Shown here: positions 10,415-23,706 of the stretch, piece by piece
Layout: every line of letters begins with the position of its first letter
Position numbering within the stretch: the stretch's first letter is position 1
NCBI GenBank assembly: GCA_028534125.1
Contig: CM052817.1
Span: forward strand, 17,858,001 to 17,922,000
Length of the DNA stretch: 64,000 nucleotides
Reading direction: 5' to 3'
Source: Lama glama
Taxonomy: Eukaryota
Notes under the pieces: model-generated
What the model was told of the DNA's origin: nothing
Database searches by the model: none
The model's input: the letters and a program-made list of their open reading frames with translations, nothing else
Program-made: the position numbers and the translations under genes

Positions 10415-10890
10415 CCGTTCATTTGTTTATTCATTCGTCCATTCATTCAGCCCACGTTCATTGAGAGTCAACCATTTGCCAGGTACTTTTCTAAACATAT
10501 AAGCAAGCAGCGAACAAGGTCATTTTGGATGTGTAAAGCACCACAAAGGAAGTTAAGCAGGAAAGTGTAAGGGAGAGGAGCAGATCTGGGTACTGATTTA
10601 GACAGAGTGGTCAGGCAAGGACTCCCAGAGGAGGGGACCATGAACTGAGACCCAGATGACAGGGAGAAGGAAGGCTTGTGAAGATCTGGGGAAAGATTCT
10701 TCGAAGCAGGAGGAGCAGACTTCTTGGCAGAGGGTCACAGCAAGAGCAAAGGCCCTGAGGTGGGAATGCGTTTGGACTTTTTAAGAAACAGTTAGAAGTA
10801 GGAGTGAATGAGGGGCAAAGAGTGGGAGGTGAGGTTAGAGAGAGGAGCCGGCCTGGGGCTCTGGATTTTCTGTGAGGCTTTGCGGTGCTT
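10415..10890 (-). mobile_element. L2 LINE 3' fragment
   Basis: (TTCA)n terminus, then cattgagagtcaaccatttgccaggtact and the typical gcaaaggccctgaggtgggaatg L2 segment. Confidence 0.75.
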
Positions 10891-11214
10891 GAAATCTCCT
10901 CCAGCTCCACTGTACACGTGGGCTTCTCAGTTGAGACCTTTGGGAAAGCAGGTGACAGCAGGGGGCCCAGTGTTTCTCCCACGCTGCCTGGCCCAGCTGA
11001 GACCTGCTCTAGACGCCTCTGGGGCCCCTTGTGTGTTGATAACTCAGTCGACAGTGCTATGTGTCATGCCTTTGCTGAGTCCCTGCCGGACCCAGATGAC
11101 CTAATGGGCATTTTTACCATCCAGGCTGAGGAAGCCATGAACAGCTCCTGTCGGAGGCCCTTAGTCATTGAAACTAGGAATGGCAGGAATGTTGGAGAAG
11201 CTCTCAGTAATTAT

Positions 11215-11425
11215 TAAGAGGACAGGCTTTGGCATCAGACCAACCTGGGATCAAATCTTGGCTCCACTGGTTACCTGCTGGGAAATCCTGGGCAAGCTTC
11301 TTCACCTAATACTCATTTCCTTCTTCCGTCAAATGAGGACCAGATAACCTCATAGCTATTTGTTATGAATGACTGATGGCCCCAAGACAATGCCGGACAC
11401 ACAAGAAGTATTCAATAAATCACAG
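11215..11425 (+). mobile_element. MIR SINE
   Basis: caggctttggcatcagaccaacctgggatcaaatcttggctccact...ctgggcaagcttcttcacct. Confidence 0.7.
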
Positions 11426-12134
11426 ATGATAATAATAATTACTGTTCCTTTCCCTTTACACTCAAGGAAATTGACCCAGAGTGGCCACGTGATTTGTCAG
11501 TGAGAACCAGCGATGACACCCTCGTGGACCGGCCCTGCGTCCTCCTCCCCTCCCTCTGGTGTAGCGCTTGCTTCGTTAGTCTAGTGTCCTGGAGCGTGTC
11601 TGGAGCCAGAACCCCTGTCTCTGCCTCTCCTTCCTGCCACAGTTCCTGTTGGCTGAGTCTTCCCAGTCTGCTGATTGATACGGACCCTGCCCACCAGGAG
11701 GGGACCCGGTGCAGTACTGCCCTGATTTGGCGAGAAATGGACATTCAGGGTTTGAGCCTTGAGTATGGCTAAATTCCACTACACTGCTGTGCCTCGCAGC
11801 TGGCTGCTTCAGCTGCTTTAACTGGGCTGACATCCCCATCCTTAGAGGGTGCTTCCTGCTGAGGGTCCTCCGGCCCATGGGCTGCTGCTTCAGCCACTGC
11901 AGGGAGAACGCTGCTGTGGGTCCAAGAGCAGAAGAGCAGAGGGCTCTGTATCAGCCTGCCCTGAATTGAAATGGAGCCAAATTTGAAGCAGGTCCCTCCC
12001 TCCCTCCTTCCTTCACTCTTTTTGCCCTTCTCTCTCCCTGTCTATCCGTCTGGTCATCTGTTAGCAGGAGGCAAGGGTGGATGGGTGCTAGAGATTTCAT
12101 AAGCTCACAAGGGGTAAGCGTGGCACATCTGAGT

Positions 12135-12320
12135 GCTGTGCTTTACAAACTTTAGCGCAAATCTGATCACCCGGGTGAATGGGTTGAAAAATGGGGATTC
12201 CAAGGCTCCCCTCCCAGGGATTCTGATCCTTCAGCCCCAGGCCTGGACTCTGCATTTTCATCCAGCATCCCCAGTGATTCAGAGGCCAGTGATCTGAGGA
12301 TCGCCTCTCAGGAAGCTCCC
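12135..12320. mobile_element. MER5-type hAT-Charlie MITE
   Basis: caaactttagcg...atcacccggg...gattctgat...tctgcattttc...ccccagtgattc pattern typical of MER5A/B. Confidence 0.65.
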
Positions 12321-13949
12321 TGGAAGCCGTTGAGAGCATGAGCACAGGCGTCAGACAGCAGAGACCTAAGCCTGCTCTTCCCACCAGTTGCAGAACGTGG
12401 ACAGATGACCTTTCTGAGTCTCAGCTTGCTCATCTGTAAAACATAATGTCACACTACCTAGAAACAGAGTAACACACAGAAAGCACCTCAAACAATACCT
12501 GGAACATAGGGCTGGGCTCTAACTGTTATTATTAGAGGATAAGGTTAATCCTACAGATGCTCTATTGACCCGCATTATCAAGGCTGGGTTAAGGGTTTGT
12601 ATCTCCAGCATCCCAGTGCCATGCCTGGCACACAGTATGTGCTCAGGAAATGGAAATGAGTAAGGAGTGAAAAGTCAGGAGAGCCGAGGTAGCATGGCTT
12701 ATTCTATCCCTTTATGTCTCTGTTGTATTGGTTCTTTTCCTAGTCAACTCTGGGTTTTTCACTCTTGGGTTTCCAAGCTGTAGAGTTAAATTTAACAAGA
12801 AAGAATTCCAATCAGAGACATTAGGGCTTTTAGGGAAGAACTGATGCATTTCTCAGGGTGTTAGCCCTGATTTAATTCCTCAGCACACATGTATTGAAAG
12901 CCGCATGAGTGCCAGGCACTGTGTCAGGTGTAGGGGATAAGCCCTAAGGCAAATAGATGGAATCCCGCCCTCAGGAAATTCTCAGGTGATAAACAGATGG
13001 GGCAAAACAGAAGCAGCCTTCTCGCCACGGAGCCCTATCCTCTGATGGGGCGCAGATCCAGAATTGGTAAAAAAAAGATACTAAATTGAATTGAAATGAT
13101 TTAAGTGCCTCCCTTTCCTTCGGGACACACAGTTTGGGTGCCTCCTGCGGTCCACAAACCCTTTGGGTGCTGGGAACTTTCCCTTCTGGCAAACGCTGCC
13201 CTAGGAAGACGGAACATGAGCAATCTCAGTGGGCTCCTGGAGAAAGACACTGGTAGCTGCTCCCCCAAACCATTCTCCATCTTGAGAAACAGTTGTTCTA
13301 AAACACTGAAAAGATGTATATTTTTCCCTCATGATAACATTAATCACATGCTCACTGCAGTTTTTTTAAATAAAGAAAAATATAGATGAGTATAAATATT
13401 ACACAGATATATTTCAGGTGCCCATGTGATTTATCCTCAGAAAAACTCAGTTCAGAAGCCAGAGGTAGTTAACCGGTAATTGCGTGTTGCAGGAGATTCA
13501 GTCCCCAGGGCGGTCTGACATTTCTTAAAATCCTCTTGCCCCTCGTCTGCAATTTGCTCCCGCTCTGCTGCTCCAAATGTCACTCTTTAAGTTCCTTATT
13601 CCTCATTCTCTTCCCAAACTCACCCAGACTGCTGCCTGCTAGGATCTTCCTCTTTTCCTTCTTCTAACCGTCTCATATTTCTGGAAGGGCCTGACTGGGA
13701 CTCCCTTCCCTCCTCACCTTGCACTGGCCACGCTGGGTTCCCCGGGAGCATGGACACCGAGGTGCTGGTGCCGCCCTGCTGCCCTCAGAGGTCTGTGTAC
13801 CACCACCCCCCAGAGCTCTTCTCCCACTGGCTGTCCTCCTTGAGAGATCCTGGTGGATCCTTTCTGATGAATTAAAAAAAACCCTCCTTGCTGCAGACGA
13901 AGGCGAGCACCATGCCTGCCTGTCTGATCAGGATATCACTTAGCGAGTC

Positions 13950-14120
13950 AGGGCTGAGCTTGGGCAAGTAGCTTTTCCTCTCTGTCTCCATTTCCTCACC
14001 TGTAAAATGGGTTAATAGAGGTAACGTCTACCTCAGGAGGCTGCTGGGACATTACTTGTCATGGTGCATGTAAAACACCCAGCAGAGTGTTTGGCATGTC
14101 TTGGGCTCAGTAAATAATAA
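13950..14120 (+). mobile_element. MIR SINE
   Basis: ttgggcaagtagcttttcctctctgtctccatttcctcacctgtaaaatggg core. Confidence 0.72.
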
Positions 14121-14899
14121 TAATGATGATGATGATAATAATAAGCCATGTTTCATGTTGATTGGAACATCAAAATCATACTTAATGCAACTTCTTCAAG
14201 ATAACATTTGTTAGTGATTTCATGGACATCCATCCAGGCTTTACCTCTAAACACAGTTTTTAAAAAGCAAATTTGGAAAATCTAGTGCATCTGATGTGTG
14301 GAGACATTGAATTAGAAAATGAAGATATAATTTAAACTCTTAATACTACTGTTTGCTTCTCTGAAAAGTGAGAATAAAAATACTTGCAGTATGTAGCAAA
14401 AAAAATTTTTTTAATAATAAAAAGCAAGTTTGGAATCATACTATATATGGTGTTCATTCTACCTATCACTTTTTGCAAATGTGTTTTTAAGACAGTATTT
14501 TCCCTCAAACTGGAAACTAGGGTTTTTGTAGTGTTCTGGAAAATGTATGTTTTTAAATTTAGATTAAAAAGTTTAAAAAAAATCCACAATCTCATCATCC
14601 AGAGAATGTAACAAGTGTTTTACATCCATCTGTCCATACTATTTTGTAGATTCATTATTTTCCCTTAGCATTATTGTATCATCATGTATTTCTCCATAGT
14701 ATTATTTTTAGAGATTTCTATCATTTTATTAAGAATATGTACTCCCCCCAAAAAAAGAATATGTACTCCAGTTTATTTAATGATTTCCACACAATTGGAT
14801 ATTTAGTTATTATTTGTAGCCTTCAGCTTTTATAAGTGACCCTGTAGTGACATTTGTGCACATATATTTTTGAGGCATTTGATGTACATCGGCACCCTC

Positions 14900-15320
14900 A
14901 GGGGTGCGTAACGGCCTAGAATTAATATTGTATATTGCCAGCCTCCTTTGCAGCTAAATGTGGCTCTATGACGAAATCTGGCCAATGGGAAGTAGGCAGA
15001 AATGAATACGCAGCTCCTGAAAAGTCTCTTTATAAAGAAGGTATGTACCCTTTCTTTCATTTTCACCCTTCCTCTGGTGAGAATGAAGACGTGAGAACTA
15101 GAGCTGGAGCAGCCATCTTGTACCCCGAGGTGGGGGTGAAGTGTTGAGTATAACAGAAGCCTGGATTCTTCATGGTCTTAGAATTTATATGCTAGCCAGC
15201 CCTGGACTCCTTATTGCTTACTTCCAGACTTCATTTATGTGAGAAAGAAGAATACATTTTTTTAAGCCGATGTTATTTAGGGTTTTCTGCCAATTACAAC
15301 CTAATCCTGATTAAAACACT
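14900..15320 (+). mobile_element. MaLR LTR (MLT1, older subfamily)
   Basis: ccagcctcctttgcagctaaatgtggctctatgac...tggccaatggga...gctggagcagccatcttg...tttaagcc motifs. Confidence 0.7.
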
Positions 15321-15510
15321 GTGAATTAGAGTCTGCATATTTCATTTTATCTTTTCTCACGCTTCTCCTCAACTGCAGTCAGGATACATCGTGGTAGGGT
15401 TCACTTCACCAACTTTGCTCTTAGTCCCCAGCGACCCCTTCCCACCTAACCAAAGTCTTCCACTCTTCAAGGCCCTCTCCAAGCAGCTTTCCAGTTAGCA
15501 GACTTGTGGC

Positions 15511-15600
15511 TCTTATTCTCTTATTCTTATTCTCTTAGTTGTTCTCTTATTCTCTTAATTATTCTCTTATTCTTGTTCTCTTATACTTATTCTCTTAATT
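15511..15600 (+). repeat. Degenerate (TTATTCTC)n tandem repeat
   Basis: Repeated tcttattc/ttattctc units. Confidence 0.85.
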
Positions 15601-15689
15601 GCCACCGCCCTTCCCCTTACTGAGACTTAACCAAACTGCTTCATTATTTCTCAGATTGAAGATAAGTTTCTTTCCAATTACCTCACTTC

Positions 15690-16310
15690 TCTCCATCTCC
15701 ACTGCTGTACCCCCATGCACGTGACCCTTAACTGAGGTCCTGACATTCCCTTGACCGTTCCTTTTCTTTCTCCATGTAGTAACCTGAGTGGTGTTTGAAG
15801 AACACAGACCAGAATGTCGTTGTCTACCTCAAACTCTCCAGCCCAATTCAGAATGGATGGTCTCTGCCTCCCTTCATGGCTTTATCTTACAGTCTTCCCC
15901 CCACCCCAGTCCCCTGCTCTGCAGGTGCCCTGCGTGCTTTCTTCCCCCTCCTGGGCCACACTCCGGATCCACTCTCTTCCCCAGAGTCTTGGCACACGTG
16001 GTTCTCCTGCCCCAGCTGCTCTGTCTCACCCTCCTTCACCCCCACTCTCTGATGTCACCTTCTCAGGGAACTCTCCCTGGGACCCAGACTGAACCAGTTT
16101 CTCTGTTGGATGTTCATACAGGTCTCCTCTCTTTCATTTACTGTGCATGGTACACAGCACACTCTATGGCCTGTATATTACATTGGTGAGGTTGTGGGAT
16201 CACCATGTCTCTCCACTGCCCTGAAGCTCCATGAAGACAAGGGCCATGTCCGTTTTGCTCATCACTGTAGTAACTCCTCCACTGAAGCGTCCAGCACTAT
16301 TCCTTGTGAA
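15690..16310 (+). mobile_element. L2 LINE fragment
   Basis: Pyrimidine-rich degraded L2 3' region ending in ctgaagctccatgaagacaagggccatgtccgttttgctcatcactgta. Confidence 0.6.
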
Positions 16311-17542
16311 ACCTCCAGGAAGTAATAATTATCTATTATTATAATTTCTTTGTAGATGAGGATAAGATACAAAGAGACTGGAAATGCAGCATCAGTTTCA
16401 GACCCAAGTAGGACTGGTGCCAACATCTGCACTCGTTTCATTACAGGACAGTACAAATACCATCAGAACAATTCTCAGAGTCTGATGAGAACAGAGACCA
16501 ACAACTGACTTACTGCCACCCCGTCCGGTCCTCAGCACAGATGTGGAAGGGGCTTAAGACCCAAGAGTGTGAATTTCTGGATGGAATTTCAAAGTCTATG
16601 ATGGACACTGGGGGAGACACTTGGGGGCAGAGGATCCCATAACTTGAGAGTCAGCAGGAGGGCAAAATACAATTAGCTTAGAATTTTCCCACTCTACCGT
16701 GGGGTCTCCAGGGACCACTCAGAGCAGGACATCGGTAGGCAACTGCTAGGAGAGGAACACGCCAGGACCCCAGCGTGTGTCCTTTCTGTGCCAACTCTAT
16801 GACCTGGTCTCAGTTGGGCTGCACCCTTGACCTTCATGGTTCTAGATTTCAGATCCTCATTCATAAAGTGTCGATTATGAGAAGAACCCCTCAGGGTCAT
16901 GTGAGGATGCCATGGGATGGGGTATGTGTGCGAAAGTTCTGTGTGACACTAGAGAGTTGTGTGATAAAAGCACCATTTATTGAGCATGAACACTCCCTCA
17001 CTGAGCATGAGGTGCTTTTCCTCACACAACCTCGTGAGGTGGCTTCGGTTATCCCATTTTTCCTATGAGGGAGTCAGAGTCCCAGGAATTAGACCCGCTG
17101 CCCCAATGCAGAGTGCCCTCCAGTTAGGTGTGGGAGTCCTCAAAGCAGGTCTCTGGGGCACCTCCATGCTGTTCTCTTAACTACTGTTCCCTCATGACAT
17201 CTGTCACTTTGCCTCCCACCCTGGATCCCGCTGTGGACATACACTACCCTTGCAAGCACCGGAATCCCACAGGAGAACGCCACAGGCCGTGGAAAGGATG
17301 CTGTCCCCATCCATCTCCACCGTGGCCAGTCCTTAGGCAGAGATGGGAACCGAGCACCCGAATGGCTCTATTTGGGCAAGAACCTCAGAATGCCTCCTGT
17401 GAAAACTGTTCCAGCAGCTTCAGTCCTCAAATCCCACACAGAAGTCACGCTGGCCCCCTCCTCCCCATCTCCCACTCTCCTGCTGCACTCCCCCACCCGA
17501 ACGCCTTCCTCCTCCCTAAGTTAAAAGACCAAAGCCCTGGGA

Positions 17543-17760
17543 CAGGCAGATAGAAACTACTAAATACGGAATAGATAGACAACAGGATCCTACTGCAGAG
17601 CACAGGGAACTGTATTGAGTGGCTTGTAGTAACCTATAATGAAAAGGAATATATATGTATAAGTGAATCTCTGTGCTGTACCCCAGAAATTAACACAGCA
17701 TTATAAACTGACTATAGTTTAATTTAAAAAGAAAAGAGAGAAAAAGGGGGAAAAAAAAAT
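17543..17760 (+). mobile_element. Lineage-specific L1 3' UTR end with A-rich tail
   Basis: aacaggatcctactgcagagcacagggaactgtattg...ctgtaccccagaaattaacacagcattataaactgactatagtttaat, same family as the 3' end of the L1 at 43262-44560. Confidence 0.85.
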
Positions 17761-19119
17761 CCAGAGTTCCCGGGGATGTCAGTGGATGCAAAAAGCTGGA
17801 TGTGATGGGAGGTCTGTGTCCCAACCCTGCCGGCCAGATGTCTTACTCCATTGTGATTACCGTTGTTCAGTGATGTGTTCCAGTTATGCCAGGAGAGGCT
17901 GCCACACCCTGGGAGGTCACTAAAAACCTGGGGTTCACATGCCTCAGAGGTGTGGGGAGCTAGCAACACTGCTCTTACCGGAAGCTTTTAGAGAGCTGTG
18001 GCTGCTGGCATCTGGTCCACCCACGTGTCCACTTGCTATTTTGGGATTCTAACAGCTACCGAATCCATTAACTGGACTAACCATGAAAGCAGTTGGAAGC
18101 ACGAGTGCCTTGAAATGTTTAAGCACCATAATGCTGATCTGGCCTAATTACCACTGAAAGTAGGGTCAGAACAGAACTCTTGATCTCAGCCCCCTTCACG
18201 GCCTAATACATTAAAGAAGTGTCAGATTTAAGGATTTAAAAATCTGATTTCTATGCCTGTCAATAATGCAAGCTTAGATTTGAAACTCAGTTATCTTAGA
18301 AAGGTACTAACAGGTCACAGAGTAATTACAGCACCTGAGCGGCCAGTCTGCGGTGGTGTAATTCGCCTTCCTCCTGTCTCCACCGGGGCGCCGAGCTCCT
18401 TGCAGGCAGGACCCTGTTGGCCGCATTTGCCGCAATTACATCTCCAGCTGTCCCTACGATGTCTAGCGCATTGTAAGCATTCACTAAATGTTTCCTGGGT
18501 AAATGCATGAGCAGATGGGAGGATTGATGTCATCTAATGTCATTTTATCATTCTTCTAGACGGAGGAAAACTTAGGAGTCTGAAATTGTGGGATTTTCCA
18601 CACTGCATAGAATTATCTTCCTTATTTTACTTGTGATAGAACTGTTTCCAGAAGTCAAGTCTGTTGAGCGAAGGGCTCTTTCCAAGCCATTAATAATACA
18701 GCAGCAACAATGAAAGTAATAATAATGGCTAGTATTTATTGACTTCTGTTTCAAGAATTTGATACACATTGACTCATGTAATACTCACATTAGCCCCTGA
18801 GGGAGGGAGGAACCACTATGATCCCCATTTCCCAGAGAGGCTGAGTAACTTTCCCCAAATCCACAGACTTCGGAAAGGAACATGTTCCACTAGAGTTGTT
18901 TCTGATCTTCTTTGGGTTATAAATCCTCCTTTTGAATCCGATATTATGAGTTTCCGCCTAAGGAAAAGCTCACATGCCTCAAAACATACACAGCTGTGCA
19001 CAGTTTCAGGACGTTTATGGACTTGACAAAATCTAACCGTAAACCACAAGTTGACAACCAATGTGACAATATCCTTAGGGTTTGGAATCAGACATGCCTG
19101 GTTTCTTTCTTTGTTGTTA

Positions 19120-20030
19120 TTGTTTTTAAAGTTTTAATTATTAATTGAGTACATGTTCATTAGTGAAAATCAAACATTAGGCGTAATATCTAAATTCCCT
19201 TTGGCCAATTAACTCCAGGACCCTTCCTAGAAGTAAGGAGGGTCATCATTTTATATCCACTTTCTGTACATTAAATACCTCTCTATGTACTCATGGCAAT
19301 TACTTGGTATGGCTGCATGTTACTGGGGCGTTTACAAAAATGACACTGTTTTATATCCTTTTATCTCCAACTTGCTTTTTTTTCACTTAAGAGTCATCTT
19401 AGAGGTTTTTCAGCCTAGTTAGATCTGCCGTATCCTTTTAAGCTACTGTGTAGTATTCCATAATGTGGATGCACCACACTATTACCATTTTCTTACTTTA
19501 AAGTCTAATTGACTTTAGATTGTTTTAAGGTTTTTGCTCTTGCAGACAAAGCCACAATGAACACTTTCATACAGATTTTTCAAGTGTGTGAGCCGGTGTT
19601 TGTCTGGAAGGACACCAAAACGCTGGGATTCTGGGTCATAGAATATGTGCATTTTTTAAATATGGAAGAAAAATACCACCAAATTTCCCTGGAAAATAGC
19701 CATATCAGTTTGCAGCCCTCCAACAATGTCCAAGATCCATATTTATCCACATTCAGTCATGACTTTTACCAATCATTTCAATTTTCCCTAATCTGATGGA
19801 TGAGAAACAGGTAGTTTTATTTTGCATTTTTGATTATTAATGATGTTGAGCATCTTTTTGCATTCTATTGATCACTTGTGTTTTTTCTTTCGTGAATGAC
19901 CTGCTCATTTCTTTTGCTCATTTTTCTACGCACTTTCTTTTATGCCATTGACTTATGAGCTCTCTCTTATATTCTGATACTAACCATATATTAATATGTT
20001 TCAAATATTTTCTGTCCGTCTCTCTCTTGT
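19120..20030 (-). mobile_element. Old L1 (L1ME/MD-like) fragment
   Basis: tagtattccataatgtggatgcaccac...tagattgtttt...gctgggattctgggtcatag...tgatgttgagcatctttt motifs. Confidence 0.7.
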
Positions 20031-20039
20031 GCTTGTAAT

Positions 20040-20245
20040 ATGCACATCTGGATTAAACTCCTGGCTCTAACATTGACTTTCTGAATGACTTGAATAAATA
20101 CTTACCCTTGGAGCGTGAGTCCTCATCTGTGAACTGGAAGTAGCACTTACCTTTAGGGTTGTTGTTATACACGTTTATATGACTATAAAATGCTTGGCCC
20201 AGTGCCTGGCATATAATAAGCGCTCAGAATTTATTATTACTATTA
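20040..20245 (+). mobile_element. MIR SINE
   Basis: ctggattaaactcctggctcta...cctcatctgtgaactggaag...agtgcctggcatataataagcgctca. Confidence 0.7.
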
Positions 20246-21013
20246 TTCATTGACAATCTTTAAAGATTCTTCCATGTATAAGTCAAAATAATGCCTACCT
20301 TCAACTTTTACCCCATGGTTATAGATCTGTTTTTTACAGGAAAACAAAAATGAAAACCTGAAAGATCTTTCAGGATGAATGTAGGAAAACATCACACCTG
20401 ATTTCAGTTTATAACTTCCATAATGGGTCTATTTTATTTTCACTTCCAGCCGATGTTGTAGAAATCAAATTGTTAGCACAGCAGGGGAAAGCCTGAATAG
20501 AAGTAAAATTGTTTTTATTGAAAAAACTTTTAAAGCAAATTTATAAAAAACATTTTTCATAACAGCTTGGGAAGATACAGAGACATCCGTCTTCTTCCTG
20601 CTATCACATTAACCACAACGTCATTGCTCTTAAAATCACCCGTTTCAAGAGACCAAACATTTCCCTCTGAATGGTCTGAATGGTCATAAGACTCTCTGAA
20701 CAACCATGCTCTACAGGTCAGAGACCTGCTCATGAACTTGATTCCTTCTACTAGCCTCTAGAATAGGTAGGACAGGAAGAACTATTTCCTCTAAACTTTC
20801 AAATAAAGAAACAGAGGCTCTGGGTGGCAAGGCCATCTCTGACTTTCCCAGTCTGATTTGGAGTCTCCTTCTTGGCACCTCCATCCCACCATGTACACAC
20901 TTATCAAACCATGTTCAAGTTATGTGTATGAGGTGTGATTTCCTTCAGTAGATGAGTTCCTTGTCACCAGAAACTCTATCTTCTGTCTATGCATCCTTAA
21001 TATCTACCTACCA

Positions 21014-21082
21014 TGGATGCATGGATGCATGGATGGATGGATGGATGGATGGATCAATGGTGGGTGAATGGCTGGATGGCTG
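21014..21082 (+). repeat. (GGAT)n/(GGCT)n tetranucleotide repeat
   Basis: Direct reading. Confidence 0.9.
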
Positions 21083-21229
21083 GCTGTCATAGCTGCTAAA
21101 AAATGATGCCCAGGTCTTCATAAGCCATCTAGAGTACTTCTTTTTTAGATGTATTAACAAATTTTTTTAAGTCAAAAATGATCATATGGTATAATAGACT
21201 CTAGGGGGTGTGTATATAGAGTTCTGTTA

Positions 21230-21780
21230 ATTTTAGGATATGTATAGATTTTGTGTACTCATTGCTATAATCAAGTGACAGAACTATTCAATTATCACTA
21301 AATCCTCCCTCACTTGCCCTTTACAGTCACACCGTCCTCTACCTCAACCCCAGGTAATCACTGGACTGCTCTCCATCACTATCATTCTGTCTTTTGAGAA
21401 TGTCACATAAAGGGAACCATACAGTGTGAACCTTTTAAGACTAGTCTCTGTCATTCAGTATAATGCATTGGAGTCCCATTCAAGTTGTTGTGTGTAGCAA
21501 TAGTTTGTCCTTTTCATGCTGGGAAGTATGCCTTTGTGTGGGTAAAGCACAGAGAATTTATCCATTCACCTACAAAAGACAATTTAGGTTGCTTCCAGTT
21601 TAGGGCAATTAATAAGTAGAGCTGCTATGAACACTCACGTCCAAGTTTTTATGTGAACCTATGTTTTAATTCCTCTAGAGCAAATTTCCAGGAGTGGTAT
21701 TGCTGAGTCTTATGTATATAACTTTTTATGAAATTGCCAAACTGTTTTCCGGAGTGGCTTTATCGAGCATTCTCACTTTT
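21230..21780 (-). mobile_element. L1 3' region (L1MB/MC-like)
   Basis: ctctccatcactatcattctgtcttttgagaatgtcacataaagggaaccatacagtgtg...gttgcttccagtttagggcaatta...aaattgccaaactgttttcc. Confidence 0.78.
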
Positions 21781-23483
21781 GCACCATAAAAACTTTAAAA
21801 AAACCAAAACAAAACTCCTTTTTCCCCTCTCTTGGGATAGGATCCTTTTCCCAGGCTTCCCTTTTCTGACTTCCCCTCTCTGTGCCCTGCAGAAGGCCAG
21901 AATGCCTGCAGGTGCCTCCCTGAACTCCGGGGCCCAGGAGGCAGCCGTCCATAAGGGGCGTTGGAAGATGTACCCCCTCCAAGCCTCTCCCGCTTGGCTT
22001 TTGAATGTCCTCCCTTCCAAGCACCAGATTCCATCTTTCATCCTTGTGAAAAAGCAGATGTTCAGGATTGGGACACAATAGGCTCTTATCAGTCATATTC
22101 TCCTTAGAACAAACCCCATCTGGGTTTTCCTGAGTGTGGACCTGGTCCGGGAAATAGAGAAACCAGGGGGATTGGGTATCTGGAGGGATGCAGCGCTGTT
22201 TGTCTGTCAGCCCTGTTCATCTGAAGCAGCTTTGCTCACTCACACTGACTCTCAGTAACTGGCCAGGGTGACCCCTGGCCCGCCCCTTCTTTTCCCTATA
22301 ATCTACCAGTTCTCCCCTCTTGTTTCACCGCAATGAACACAGTGCAACTGGTTCCTTTCACCGAACCTTTCATATTGCATGATTAGCACAGAGACCCAGG
22401 CTAGACACTTTCGGATTAGGGGATTATCAGATCCCAAGTGCAGCGGCATCTCACATCACGGCTTCTTCCCTTGGGTCTAATGTATCCCTCGTAACTTGAC
22501 TCCAAGATGGTGGTGGGGAGGCGGGGAATCCTGATAGAACACAGGCTACTAGATCGAAGATAGTCCTGCCCTCTCAAGACTTTGGAAGAGGCACCATGGC
22601 TTCTTAAAATAATCTATGTGTAATAATTCAAGCCCCATGCTCTTTCTTTTATCTGCGATTTTAAACATTACCCTGACAATGAGATATGATGATGTCAGAC
22701 CTCGTAGCCACAAATCATGAAGTTATTTGAGTTGCTTCACTCTTGACCAACTTCACAAACACAGGGGATGGAAAGAAGAGGCTCCTTTTTTGTCTTTCTC
22801 TCTTTGTGAAATCTTGACACGCTGCAGATCCACATTCTTCTCCCGGGCCTTTGGCCAGCCCGGCGGTGGTGCAGTCCATCAGTGGAGCATTGGCCTCTGA
22901 AGCTGGGAGGGTCACGTGGGCCCGGGCCTGCTGGTGCTTGCCTGCTGGAGGTGGTGTTTCAGGTAGATCTGCCCCACAGATCCCCTCTGACTATCCTGCC
23001 CTGCTGGCTGCTTCCCTGACTGGCCTGCTGGGGTTTCCTTATTTCACAATGCAAATCATTCATAGGTTTTGTAGCTCAGATACCTGCATGCTGTGGCCCC
23101 TCCTATACTGACAGGGTTATAGGCACATCAGAACCTCATTTGCCCCCTAGCTGGGCCGTGCTACATTGTCCCTGGGGCATCTGGACTAGAAAGCAATGAG
23201 GAGGGAGGACCCGGGTGCAGGATGAAGGTGTTTCTGAGGATGGTGATTCTGATGGGGTCACAACACAAAGATCCCATTATCGGAGGAGGGGAGAATGCAG
23301 ATGAGGACTACAGGATCTACTGTACACTCTTAATCCCCAGCCCTTCTGAATGACCTTGACAATGAGGACAAGGGAAATGGCCCCTGCCTTTCCTTGCTGG
23401 GTCTTCCCTGCATCGGTGAAGTTAACTGCTTAATGACAGGGAAAGTGACCCTTAAAATGTGTTCTCCAAACAATAAGCTAAGG

Positions 23484-23706
23484 CAGGGCTCGGCAAACTT
23501 TTCAGTGAAGGGGCAGAGAGTAAATTTTTTTGACTTTATGAGCATTGTGCTCTCTGTTGCAACTACTCAATTCCACTTAGAGCATGAAGGAAGCAAGACT
23601 ATGTATAAAGGAATGGGCATGGCTGTGTTCCAATAAAACTTTGTTGATGAAAACAGACAGTGAGCTAGACTTGGCCCATGAATGGGTCATGGTTTGCTGA
23701 CTCCTG
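23484..23706 (+). mobile_element. MER58A-like hAT-Charlie MITE
   Basis: Terminal inverted repeats CAGGGCTCGGCAAAC...GTTTGCTGACTCCTG; internal gggcatggctgtgttccaataaaacttt. Confidence 0.85.

Noticed and set aside
15511..15600. Regular repeat resembling an array
   Set aside because: Simple degenerate 8-mer tandem repeat without unique spacers; not CRISPR-like, and the DNA is mammalian.
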